Assembly (NCBI GenBank): GCA_050014195.1
Contig: JBEKDT010000005.1
Span: 159,012-223,011 of the forward strand
Length of the DNA: 64,000 nt
Direction: 5' to 3'
Source of the DNA: Desulfomonilia bacterium
GTDB lineage: Bacteria > Desulfobacterota > Desulfomonilia > UBA1062
The notes below the pieces were generated by a model. That model ran no database searches and was not told the DNA's origin. It saw only the letters and a list, made by a program, of their open reading frames with translations. Position numbers and translations under genes: made by a program. Below are positions 19,843 to 28,554 of the stretch, piece by piece (the stretch's first letter is position 1; each line of letters opens with the position of its first letter).

Positions 19843-21076
19843 CGCATGTGAGGGATGAGTGAAAGATGGAAGATTGAAAACCACAAAAAAAGTTCGAAAG
19901 GAGGAGTCATGAGCCCGAATGGAAACAGTAACACGGGTGGTTCCGTGGGTCCAAATCCCTCAGGGATGTCACGGAGACCACAACCAAACGCAGTGTTGGT
20001 CGAATTCCTGAACCCCAAGTCCATGATCACGCCAGGCCTGGCAGGCGCATTGACGATGATGGTTACGAATTCGGTGTGCTGCAACTTCGGTCTTCCAAAG
20101 CCATACATTGCACTTGTAGTAGCCGCTCTAATTGTCGTGCTTGCTGTCGGCGTAGGTACCATGCCGTTATGGCAAAAGTCGATCTATTTTTTATTAAATA
20201 CTCTTGTTGTCTTTACAATGGCATTGGGAGCGAACTCGGCGGGCGATGCCGCGTTGGGAGCGAACTCCGCAGGCGATGCCATCGCGAAATCGGCCATGCC
20301 GTCACATTCATTCGAAGCCATCCAGAAGAGGAGTTCCATTTCGTTTTTAGCCTCCGAAGCCTTCGCGCAGGAATACACCGAGGGTACCTTGCTTAAGGGG
20401 AGTGGGCCGCCCGTCTACCTAGTAATACATGGGCAGCGCCGGTGGATTCCGGACCGGCATACCTTCGATGCATTGGGCCTTAAGTGGAATGCCATCGGGC
20501 AAATAGACGACGGAAAACTCGAAGCAATTCCGAGGGGGCCAGATTATCCGTCTCTCCCTGGGCCGGTCATTAAGGGTTCAGGGCCGCCGGTCTACCTGCT
20601 TCAAAATGGTTATAGGCACTGGATCACTGATCGAAAGACCTTCGAGGCTATTGGCCTCCGATGGGATAGCGTTCGGGTCATCCCCGATCAGGTACTTGGT
20701 TTGGTTCCGGAAGGGCCCCCCATCCAGCAGCAAGAAAACTTTTTCAGCCCATGGTTCAAAAAGTGACATCGCAGACGTGACCTCGCTGAGCTTCCTGCGA
20801 AGGACAACGAGTGCCTGCGGGCTGATTGTGGCCCGATGGGTATTCCGGGACGCAAGTCCGCTATTGAGGAGTAGCATGCTGCTGTTTCCGAAGCTCATTC
20901 AGTCCGGATCCGGGGACATCCAGAACAGGAAATACTTTTCATTCTGGAATCGAGAATCTGGTGATGAATAATAAGAAATGGGACATCTTCTCAAAGGAAG
21001 CAGCCCGGGCAGTGGATGTCCGTGCCAAGCACCTGAAGGCGAAACTGGCGCGGACTGCAGGGTGATGCATGTAAGG
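19701..21076 (+). repeat. 153-bp direct repeat (19701-19853 and 20924-21076) of the metallophosphoesterase 3' end
   Basis: AACAGGAAATACTTTTCATTCTGG...GCAGGGTGA.GCATGT.AGG present twice with about 4 mismatches. Confidence 0.92.
19909..20766 (+). CDS. Membrane protein with 3 N-terminal TM segments and two tandem about 55-aa repeats
   Basis: AGGAGG RBS; repeats KGSGPPVYL...R.WI.DR.TF.A.GL.W..I..I.D..L..IP.GP; 30-bp tandem repeat ALGANSAGDA x2 (20221-20280). Confidence 0.75.
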   Translation: MSPNGNSNTGGSVGPNPSGMSRRPQPNAVLVEFLNPKSMITPGLAGALTMMVTNSVCCNFGLPKPYIALVVAALIVVLAVGVGTMPLWQKSIYFLLNTLVVFTMALGANSAGDAALGANSAGDAIAKSAMPSHSFEAIQKRSSISFLASEAFAQEYTEGTLLKGSGPPVYLVIHGQRRWIPDRHTFDALGLKWNAIGQIDDGKLEAIPRGPDYPSLPGPVIKGSGPPVYLLQNGYRHWITDRKTFEAIGLRWDSVRVIPDQVLGLVPEGPPIQQQENFFSPWFKK

Positions 21077-21240
21077 TAAGGGGGAAAGGAGGGAAGAATG
21101 ACCTTTATCCTGTCCCTTTTTATCCGAACCCCTTTTATTCCCTTGATTCCGGGAACGGTATCCCTGAGGAAAAATATATGTGGGATTCTGCATGGGTACA
21201 TCCCCATTGCAGCGGCATGCGCGCCTGATCTGGGTTAAGG

Positions 21241-21307
21241 AGGAGCGCCTTCAGGCGCTAAAATTGTGTGCGCACCTTATTCCAGTCGCGGCTGAAGCCG
21301 CTCCTAC
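21241..21307. repeat. REPIN-like doublet, inverted copy of 6074-6144
   Basis: AGGAGCGCCTTCAGGCGC...TTGTGTGC...GTCGCGGCTGAAGCCGCTCCTAC; spacer also homologous. Confidence 0.8.
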
Positions 21308-21366
21308 AGGTTCTGACTTCTCTCCAATGCAAATTCCGGGATAAAATAACACATGAGGAGGTTTCT

Positions 21367-23142
21367 ATGGCTATCTCGTTGTATGAACCATCCGTCGATA
21401 ATGTGCTTAAGGCACAGCCTGCTACGACAAGGACCGCCGGGGGCGGGCAGATTGCCTATCCCTTCCCCTCACCCGATGACTGGAGGGACCACTGGATCTA
21501 CTTTCTTCTTGTCGATCGTTTCAACAACCCATCGAAGCCGCCGCAAAACAGTGATCCCTATGATTTCTATCAAGGCGGCAACTTCGCCGGCATCAAGAAG
21601 CAGCTGCCATACCTCAAAGACCTCGGCGTTGGTGCGATCTGGGTGTCACCGGTCCTTATGAACCCCCCGTGGTTTGAGCAATATTGGGGAGGTTACGGCA
21701 CCCTCGACTTCCTGCGCATCGAACCGCGCTTCTGCACCGATCCCGACCAAGCGGCCAAGAATCAGGACATAGCCGACAAGGAGTTCCGCGATCTGGTCGA
21801 TGAGGCACACGGACAGGGCATGTATATCATCCTCGACATTGTCCTGAACCACGTCGGCGATCTCTTCAACTATGAAGGCATGCGCGATGCCGCGCCCTGG
21901 AACGACTACCGCGAGTATTCCATCTATTGGCGCAATGAGAAGGGGGAAGCCCAGGGCGGGTGGACCGACATCGGCAGCATCCCCGGTCTGCCGCGCGATG
22001 CCGGCATATGGCCGAAGGACTTTCAGCGCAACGATTTTTTCCGGCGCCGGGGTACATATGACAACAGCCCCGACCCCACACGCGGCGACTTCAGCAGGAT
22101 GAAGGAACTGGTGACCGAGTATCTCATCCGTGACGCGAATATCTATCCGGTCCGCAACTTTCTGATACGTGCCTACCAGTATCTCATTGCAAAGTTCGAC
22201 CTTGACGGCTTCCGCATCGATACCCTGCAATATATCGAAGCGGATTTTGCGCGGGTCTTCGGCAATGCCATGCGTGAGTACGCCCTCTCCATCGGCAAGA
22301 AAAACTTCTTCACCTTCGGAGAGGTCTGGCAGGAAGACGACGAAAACAGGATCGCGGAGTTCGTCGGCCGCGACACCCTGAATGGCAACGAGCTGGTCGG
22401 TGTGGATGCAGCCATCGACTTCCCTATGCGCAAACGCCTGGTCAGCGTATGCAAGGGATTCACCCCGCCCGGCGATCTTGCCGATCATTTCGATTACCGC
22501 CGCAGGATATTAAAGACGACCGTGAGCTCGCATGGTGATGCCAGCGGCTACTATATCACCTTCCTCGACAACCATGACCTACACGAACGCTTCCACAATA
22601 CGCAATATCCCGAGCAGACCGGGATGGCATTGACGCTGCTCATGTGTATGCAGGGAATCCCCTGTATCTATTACGGCACCGAGCAGGGACTGGACGGCCA
22701 TGGCGACCGGTGCGAATACGTCCGCGAAGCCCTCTGGGGGAAGCCGGGTGCCTTTTCATCGACCCATGAGCTATATAAGACGATCCAGGACCTCAAAACG
22801 CTTCGAGACCGCCAGCCTGCACTTCGCTACGGTCGGCAATACTTCCGGCCGTGCAGCGGGAACGGTACGGACTTCGGCTATTCACCCTACTGCGGGGGAG
22901 TCGTCAGCCTCTCACGGATACTGAATGATTGCGAGATCCTCATCGTTGCCAACACCGACACCCAGCAGAAAGCAACCGTGCACGTAGTCATCGACGGCAA
23001 CCTCAATCCGGACGGCAGGAATTGGAGCATATTGTTCTCTACGAGGCAACACCCTGCCGCGCCCGGATCAACCACGACCCACGGTGCTTGCCGCACAATA
23101 CAGGTCACCCTGGAACCGATGGAAGCCCAGGTGCTGGGTTGA
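21367..23142 (+). CDS. GH13 alpha-amylase family glycoside hydrolase
   Basis: IYFLLVDRF, LDIVLNH, DGFRIDT, FGEVW, FLDNHD, GIPCIYYGTEQG; GAGGAG RBS before ATG 21367. Confidence 0.92.
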   Translation: MAISLYEPSVDNVLKAQPATTRTAGGGQIAYPFPSPDDWRDHWIYFLLVDRFNNPSKPPQNSDPYDFYQGGNFAGIKKQLPYLKDLGVGAIWVSPVLMNPPWFEQYWGGYGTLDFLRIEPRFCTDPDQAAKNQDIADKEFRDLVDEAHGQGMYIILDIVLNHVGDLFNYEGMRDAAPWNDYREYSIYWRNEKGEAQGGWTDIGSIPGLPRDAGIWPKDFQRNDFFRRRGTYDNSPDPTRGDFSRMKELVTEYLIRDANIYPVRNFLIRAYQYLIAKFDLDGFRIDTLQYIEADFARVFGNAMREYALSIGKKNFFTFGEVWQEDDENRIAEFVGRDTLNGNELVGVDAAIDFPMRKRLVSVCKGFTPPGDLADHFDYRRRILKTTVSSHGDASGYYITFLDNHDLHERFHNTQYPEQTGMALTLLMCMQGIPCIYYGTEQGLDGHGDRCEYVREALWGKPGAFSSTHELYKTIQDLKTLRDRQPALRYGRQYFRPCSGNGTDFGYSPYCGGVVSLSRILNDCEILIVANTDTQQKATVHVVIDGNLNPDGRNWSILFSTRQHPAAPGSTTTHGACRTIQVTLEPMEAQVLG

Positions 23143-23347
23143 GCGGAAGGGCGGGCGGAACAAAAACGGGCTGACCCGTGTTAGACCAAACGAACCCGAT
23201 GGAATGATGCCATAGCGTATACAGGGCACCTACCTTTTGGGGCTTTCAAAAATTTCGAATTCTCGGGACATGATAGGAAACATGCTTGCATGACTTTCCA
23301 TCCGTCATTGCAATAGGGATGAGCCGACCAGCAGGTTCTCACAGATA

Positions 23348-23565
23348 GAGACTTTTGCATTACCCTATGTCCGTCATTGCGAGCGTAGCGAAGCAATCCC
23401 TGCATCTTGGCACAGTCTCGATTTATCGAGATTGACTCGGGACATCCCTGCCCCTCGCCCTTTGGGCGCAACTTCGATGCGTCAATTTCTGCTTTCCTGC
23501 AGAAATTTGACCACGTCGCCTTCGGCTCCTCGCAATGACCGATGAATAGGATGTGCAAAGGTCTC
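23348..23565. mobile_element. MITE with GAGACYTTTGCA terminal IRs enclosing an RPE-like GTCATTGCGAG...CTCGCAATGAC palindrome
   Basis: GAGACTTTTGCA (23348-23359) / TGCAAAGGTCTC (23554-23565); inner palindrome 23373-23539. Confidence 0.7.
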
Positions 23566-23609
23566 AGATAAAGAATTATAACAGAATAATGCCTTGCACT
23601 CAATATCCG

Positions 23610-23677
23610 GATATACTGCAATTGTGCATCGGATAACTATAGTGATATACTGCAAAAGTGCAGTATAGTAATTATAT
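23610..23677 (+). other. Putative attI-like site
   Basis: Direct repeats GATATACTGCAAwwGTGCA (23610, 23644), palindrome TATACTGCA-aaag-TGCAGTATA, then TTATAT complementary to the R'' ATATAAC of the first attC. Confidence 0.45.
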
Positions 23678-23690
23678 TTAAGGGGGAAAT

Positions 23691-24425
23691 ATGTTCCCTT
23701 TTGCAATACAGCAACAAACAAATCACTGGGTTGAAATAATTAAGGCGCTAACAACATTAGTTGCAGCGTTCGGAGGTGCTTGGTTTGCTTTCTTGCTCCA
23801 GAATAGAAAAGAGAAAAAGAGAGAGACAAACACTAATGTTGAAGCTTTAAATAAAGTTCAAATTACGTTAACTCAGCAGCTCAATGCTCTAACAATTTTT
23901 AATAAAGATTTTATACAACCATACAAAGACCATCCAATAAACTGGATCGCTCTGCCAGCTGCTCCACACAGGGATTATTCGAAGCTCCAAGTAGATGGAG
24001 GATCGTTGGCGTTTCTTGTCGAGAAGAATTCCTCTGCTCTGATTTCAAAAGTATTAGTTGTTGAGGAAAAATTTAAAGAGGTAATGAATGTAATTAATTT
24101 AAGATCAAATATTCATGTCGATCAATTACAACCAAAACTGGCAGAGATGGGTTTCATAGAAGGTAAGCCCTTTGATTTTTCGCTTGAAAAAGTGGAAAGC
24201 TTATTAGGAACTCAGCTCGTTAGCGGACTTAAAAGATTAACTAACGATTTGATTTTCGTCACGGAAGATGCCATCCAATCTCACGAAGAAATAATAAAAG
24301 AAATTAAAGCGACTGGCATTAAGCTTTTTCCCAACAAGCGAATACTTTCATTTGAGTATATGGATAAAGATAAACAATATAACAAGGCTAATGCAGCCGA
24401 CGCAAAAAGCAGCACGGCTGATTAG
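23691..24425 (+). CDS. Hypothetical integron-cassette protein with N-terminal TM helix
   Basis: AT-rich 244-aa ORF running into an attC site. Confidence 0.75.
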   Translation: MFPFAIQQQTNHWVEIIKALTTLVAAFGGAWFAFLLQNRKEKKRETNTNVEALNKVQITLTQQLNALTIFNKDFIQPYKDHPINWIALPAAPHRDYSKLQVDGGSLAFLVEKNSSALISKVLVVEEKFKEVMNVINLRSNIHVDQLQPKLAEMGFIEGKPFDFSLEKVESLLGTQLVSGLKRLTNDLIFVTEDAIQSHEEIIKEIKATGIKLFPNKRILSFEYMDKDKQYNKANAADAKSSTAD

Positions 24426-24436
24426 CAGCGTTGGGC
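24377..24436 (+). mobile_element. attC site (integron cassette recombination site)
   Basis: ATATAAC AAGGCTAATGCAGCCGACGC-AAAAA-GCAGCACGGCTGATTAGCAGC GTTGGGC; imperfect palindrome with extrahelical bases, 60 bp. Confidence 0.85.
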
Positions 24437-24449
24437 TTGATAAATCGTC

Positions 24450-25382
24450 ATGAAACGTAAAAAGAGCTCCCAGACGAAATCGAGTGATTGTGTAATTCCT
24501 TCGCGGCCGTCCACAGCGGCCTTGCGAAAGAACCTCGTCGACTCATCTCCATATGAGGAACGGGAAGTCGCCGAGTACGTCGAATGTGAGTTATCAAAGG
24601 AAGAGCAAGATCCAGTCACGGTTGAGCACCTCGAATTAGTCAAATCTGAGGTCGTATGGGGTAGGCTTCACAAGGTTTGGGACGTCCACACAACCGATGG
24701 TCGCTGGTGGGTGGTAACTGAGCCGATGAATCTTTACTCACAGACAGACTTTCCCAGTCTGGATTACATCCTTTCTTTCCACGTTGGGTTGATGGCTCGC
24801 TTGGCTGCGCGTGAATCTAGACGGGTTACAAACAAAAACGCCGAGCGTTTCGCAGCGGCATGGCGTCGGTGGGAGCAAGCCGCCATTGCTGTTGATGAAG
24901 CTAGAGAAGCCGAAGACTTCCAAGCTGTGGGAATGAAATGTCGGGAGTGCCTTCTTACCTTTGTTCGAGATGCGCAGGATGATGTGCACGTTCCCCAAGG
25001 GCAAGAACCACCCAAACGTGCGGACTTCGTACACTGGTCGGAACTGTTGGCCGACTTCGCTACGCCAGGAGCACATGGAAAAGATCTACGTGCTTATTTA
25101 AAGCAAATTGCTAGTTCCGCTTGGCCCCTAGTGAACTGGCTTACGCATACAACTAGCGCCGTGCGTTACGACGCAGAGATCGCAGTCGCCGCAACGAATC
25201 ATGTTCTGGAGTCCTTTGCAGGAGCACTGATTCGTCAAGAGTCAAAGAATGCTGGTCGGTGCCCGAAGTGTTCGTCCTATCAGGTTCAGAGTTTCTATAT
25301 GCCGGAGCTTGAGTACGACCCGCCATATCTATTGGTGTGCATGGCATGCGGGTACGAAGCGCCAGCTAAAGAAGAGGCCTAA
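24450..25382 (+). CDS. Hypothetical cassette protein, helical core plus C-terminal CxxC...CxxC zinc ribbon
   Basis: Single ORF filling the space between two attC sites; WDVHTTDGRWWV, FQAVGMKCRE, VNWLTH. Confidence 0.8.
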   Translation: MKRKKSSQTKSSDCVIPSRPSTAALRKNLVDSSPYEEREVAEYVECELSKEEQDPVTVEHLELVKSEVVWGRLHKVWDVHTTDGRWWVVTEPMNLYSQTDFPSLDYILSFHVGLMARLAARESRRVTNKNAERFAAAWRRWEQAAIAVDEAREAEDFQAVGMKCRECLLTFVRDAQDDVHVPQGQEPPKRADFVHWSELLADFATPGAHGKDLRAYLKQIASSAWPLVNWLTHTTSAVRYDAEIAVAATNHVLESFAGALIRQESKNAGRCPKCSSYQVQSFYMPELEYDPPYLLVCMACGYEAPAKEEA

Positions 25383-25386
25383 TGAA

Positions 25387-25444
25387 GCCCAACCATCGCA
25401 TCCACCCGGACGGCTTTCAGCCGCCGGTGATCAGCTCGTTAGCC
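25387..25444 (+). mobile_element. attC site
   Basis: GCCCAAC CATCGCATCCACCCGGACGGCT-TTC-AGCCGCCGGTGATCAGCTC GTTAGCC; R'' GCCCAAC is the exact complement of the upstream R' GTTGGGC. Confidence 0.88.
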
Positions 25445-25476
25445 GCCCAAATATGTATTGCCCAATATAGCAACCG

Positions 25477-25511
25477 GTAGTACCATTGATAATACAATTG
25501 GAGGTACTACC
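25477..25511 (+). promoter_or_regulatory. Putative TA autoregulatory operator
   Basis: Inverted repeat GGTAGTACC ... GGTACTACC overlapping the RBS region of the antitoxin. Confidence 0.5.
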
Positions 25512-25512
25512 A

Positions 25513-25788
25513 ATGCCTAAAGCTCCCAAAATCATACCCATCTCAGATCTCAGGCAGAATGCCAGTAATGTTGTGAAAAGGGTATCATCATCCCGAGAGC
25601 CTGTCTTTATCACCCAGCGCGGCAGAGCCGCTGCCGTCATGGTCAGTATGGAATCGTATGAGCACTCGCAGCATGAACTTGAAATCTTACGCTTGCTCGC
25701 ACGGGGTGAAAAAGAGATTGAGGCGGGTATCGGCTACGAACTCGATGATGTACTGAAGGAGGCTGATAGGATTCTTAAAGGGAAATAA
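25513..25788 (+). CDS. Phd/YefM family antitoxin
   Basis: IIPISDLRQNAS...EPVFITQRGRAAAVMVS..Y. Confidence 0.9.
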   Translation: MPKAPKIIPISDLRQNASNVVKRVSSSREPVFITQRGRAAAVMVSMESYEHSQHELEILRLLARGEKEIEAGIGYELDDVLKEADRILKGK

Positions 25789-25791
25789 ACC

Positions 25792-26082
25792 TTGAAAATT
25801 CTTTTTATCCCGACAGCACGTCTTCAGTTTTTTGAAGCAAAAACATATATTCGTCAAGACAACCCGAGCGCCGCTGCAGATTTTCGGCATAAGGCAGAGA
25901 AGAGTCTAACCCGTCTTAAAAAGTTCCCTGAATCGGGAAGGCTGCTGCCTGAGTTTCCTGATCTTCCCTTTCGCGAAGTAATTGTGCATCCATATCGTTT
26001 TTTTTATCGCGTGAAAGATAAGACCGTGTGGATCGTAGCTGTATGGCATGGTGCTCAACTTCCTTATGAACCTGAAAAATAA
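25792..26082 (+). CDS. RelE/ParE family toxin
   Basis: YIRQDNPSAA, L..FPESGRLLPE, REVIV.PYRFFYRV...VWIVAVWHG. Confidence 0.9.
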   Translation: MKILFIPTARLQFFEAKTYIRQDNPSAAADFRHKAEKSLTRLKKFPESGRLLPEFPDLPFREVIVHPYRFFYRVKDKTVWIVAVWHGAQLPYEPEK

Positions 26083-26084
26083 TG

Positions 26085-26196
26085 ACCGAACGGGCACATA
26101 GGCAACAGATTGTTCTGGGTACATGGGTAACACTTTTGCATAGTTTCATAGACACTGGATGAGGTGTCTATGGGATGGAAAGGAGTAACCAACATG
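26085..26196 (+). mobile_element. IS481-family left-end remnant
   Basis: Tandem GGG(C/T)ACAT(A/G)GG(C/T)AACA boxes, TAGACAC...GTGTCTA hairpin over an ATG, and MGWKGVTNM resembling IS481 transposase N-termini (M.WK.V..M). Confidence 0.55.
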
Positions 26197-26601
26197 AACA
26201 AGAGGCCGCTGCAAGTCACAACAGCAATTCTTGGGCTGGTTCCGGTGATTACGGGCATCATTACGATGCTGGGAATCTACGATCCCATTTATGCTTCGGC
26301 AGGGGTGCCAAGGTTTCCGCTCCTAGACAGTAACCTTAGGTTCTTTGGTGGTGTGTGGCTTGGCCTCGGTGTAGCCATACTCTGGCTGGTTCCGTCCATT
26401 GAGAAACAGGGCACCCTGTTCCGGGTTATCTGGGGAGCTATCTTTCTTGGCGGTATCGGCAGGCTTCTTTCCATGGTGTTCTTGGGCCTGCCTCCAATTC
26501 CATTTATCGGCTTCACCGCCCTAGAAATTATTGGGGCACCCCTCTTTATTTACTGGCAGTATCGCGTGGCGCAGATCTATGTGCAGAGTCCGCCCGTCTG
26601 A
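26194..26601 (+). CDS. DUF4345-like membrane protein
   Basis: LDSNLRFFGG.WLG.G, IFLGGIGRLLS, G.P, E motif; 4 TM. Confidence 0.8.
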   Translation: MNKRPLQVTTAILGLVPVITGIITMLGIYDPIYASAGVPRFPLLDSNLRFFGGVWLGLGVAILWLVPSIEKQGTLFRVIWGAIFLGGIGRLLSMVFLGLPPIPFIGFTALEIIGAPLFIYWQYRVAQIYVQSPPV

Positions 26602-26686
26602 CATTTCCTTCCAGCCGACCAGGAAACAAGGGCGAAAAGACTTGTAGAAGAAGATCTGAAATCCGTGTATCCCAATAAGCACAGTA

Positions 26687-28090
26687 GTGAGCACAGACCT
26701 TACACGCGCCGAGGCACTCTTTATCGAGGGGAACCGCCATATGTCCGCAGGCGATGCCCATAAGGCAGAGGCATGCTTTCGGGAGGCAATCAGGCTTGTG
26801 CCGGACTTTGCCGAAGCCCATGCCAACCTCGGGCTGCTGCTTGATCAAGGGGGCAAGCCTGCCGAGGCAGAGCATCAGTACCTGCATTCCATCGCCCTTA
26901 ATCCCAATCTCGGGAAGACGATCATGAACCTGGGGGCCCTGCTGGCCGGCCAGAAACGCTTCGAAGAGGCCGAGGCTGCTTATCGTCAAGCCCTTGAGCT
27001 GCTCCCGGATTCCCCGGCGGCCTGGTCGAATCTGGGGGTGCTGCAGGCCTGCCGGAAGCAGGAACAGTCAGCCGAGCTGAGTTATCGCAGGGCCATAGAG
27101 CTGGATCCGGATTACGCCTTAGCCTATTTCAATCTCAGCTACCTGTTGTTGCGTCAGGGCCGCTTTGAAGAAGGCTGGCAATGTCTTGAGAAGCGGAACT
27201 GGTATGCCCGGCTGGAGAAGAATATCTCTTGTCCCCGCTGGCGAGGGGAATCGCTTAAGGGTAGATCTCTGATGATCGGCTTCGAGGCGGGGCACGGCGA
27301 CATGATCCAGTTCTGCCGTTATGCGTCGGTATTGAAAGCTCAAGGGGCTGCACGGATCACCATTATTTGCCATCCTGCATTGAAGACCCTGTTCACTACC
27401 ATGGACGGTGTGGATGCTGTCTTTGCCTTTGACGAGACATCAGAGCCTCCAGAGTGGGATTTATGGACGCCGCCACTGAGCATGCCATACTATTGCCGGA
27501 CCCGGCTCGATTCGATCCCTGCGGACATACCCTATCTGCACCCAGACAGAGAGCTTGTTGAAAGATGGTCATCCGTGCTGTCCGATCAGTGCGATCCTTC
27601 CGATGTCCGTGTGGGCCTGGTGTGGAAAGGCTCTACACGTTTCGAGAACGATGCCGATCGATCCCTTTCCGATCTGAAGACGCTGGAGTCCTTGGGCATG
27701 GTCGCAGGGGTGCGCTTTTTCAGTTTGCAGAAAGGGGCCGGTGAGGATGAAGCGGCAAGTCAGCCGGAGGGCCTGCCTTTCGTGAATCTGGGGCCGCAGA
27801 TTTCGGACTTTGCCGATTCTGCGGCCATTGTGATGAATCTCGACTTGATCATTTGCGTCGACACTGCCATGGCCCACCTTACCGGGGCTCTTGGCAAGGA
27901 CTGCTGGGTACTTCTGCCTGACTACAAGACCGATTGGCGCTGGCTGACCGGGCGCATCGATTCGCCCTGGTATCCCGGCGTGATGCGCCTCTTCCGCCAG
28001 CCCCGCATGGGCGACTGGGCGGCGGTGGTTGCCGAAGTGCGCGCGGCGCTCAAGAAGTTTGCAGCGACACCCAGGCCCCTTGGACGATGA
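26687..28090 (+). CDS. TPR repeat plus GT-B (GT9-like) glycosyltransferase domain protein
   Basis: TPRs (AEAHANLG, AAWSNLG); EAGHGDMIQF.RY, VGLVW.G, DLII.VDT..AHL.GALG, WRW...DSPWYP.MRLFRQ. Confidence 0.88.
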   Translation: MSTDLTRAEALFIEGNRHMSAGDAHKAEACFREAIRLVPDFAEAHANLGLLLDQGGKPAEAEHQYLHSIALNPNLGKTIMNLGALLAGQKRFEEAEAAYRQALELLPDSPAAWSNLGVLQACRKQEQSAELSYRRAIELDPDYALAYFNLSYLLLRQGRFEEGWQCLEKRNWYARLEKNISCPRWRGESLKGRSLMIGFEAGHGDMIQFCRYASVLKAQGAARITIICHPALKTLFTTMDGVDAVFAFDETSEPPEWDLWTPPLSMPYYCRTRLDSIPADIPYLHPDRELVERWSSVLSDQCDPSDVRVGLVWKGSTRFENDADRSLSDLKTLESLGMVAGVRFFSLQKGAGEDEAASQPEGLPFVNLGPQISDFADSAAIVMNLDLIICVDTAMAHLTGALGKDCWVLLPDYKTDWRWLTGRIDSPWYPGVMRLFRQPRMGDWAAVVAEVRAALKKFAATPRPLGR

Positions 28091-28186
28091 ATTGTCGCGC
28101 TTGACGGCCACAGACCTGGGCATATTCCACACCGGCTGCCGTCCCGGACCGGTTGACTTCTTTCGGTTCGGTAGAGGAATCTAAGT

Positions 28187-28450
28187 ATGAAGAAACGATG
28201 TCCGGGAATGGATCCTACCTATTTCAAAATCGAGGATATCCGTGCACAGAAGTGTACTTCCTGCGGCAGTGATATGGAGTTCTGGAAAGACGATGTATTC
28301 CTTGTTTGTCCTGGCTGTGGAACCAGAAACACAAATGCCGGGGTCCGGAATACTTGTCTGGCCTGGTGCAAAGAAGCTTCTGCCTGCATCGGGAACAGGG
28401 ATATTGAAGAATGGTTGATCTTGCAAAAAAGGAAAAAGGGGAAGTGCTGA
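28187..28450 (+). CDS. Small cysteine-rich (zinc/Fe-S binding) protein
   Basis: CPG..., C..C...EFWKDD...CP.C..., C..WC..A..C.G. Confidence 0.7.
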   Translation: MKKRCPGMDPTYFKIEDIRAQKCTSCGSDMEFWKDDVFLVCPGCGTRNTNAGVRNTCLAWCKEASACIGNRDIEEWLILQKRKKGKC

Positions 28451-28554
28451 CAAAAGGCTGCAGCGGACATGGTGCAGGCACAGGCCGCCGATCAGCGGCA
28501 ATATTTATCTGAGTGCCCTTGACTTGTATGCATAGTTAATGCATATATATACAT

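Noticed and set aside
20770-20805. CGCTGAGCTTCCTGCG as an attC right half after ORF 19909-20766
   Set aside because: No AAC/GTT cores or matching left arm; too weak
19701-21076. 153-bp repeat as a DGR template/variable repeat pair
   Set aside because: The few mismatches (C/T, T/G, C/T, G/A) are not adenine-specific and there is no reverse transcriptase in the window
23181-23621. Minus-strand 146-aa ORF as an integron integrase remnant
   Set aside because: No tyrosine recombinase motifs; it mostly translates the nested MITE
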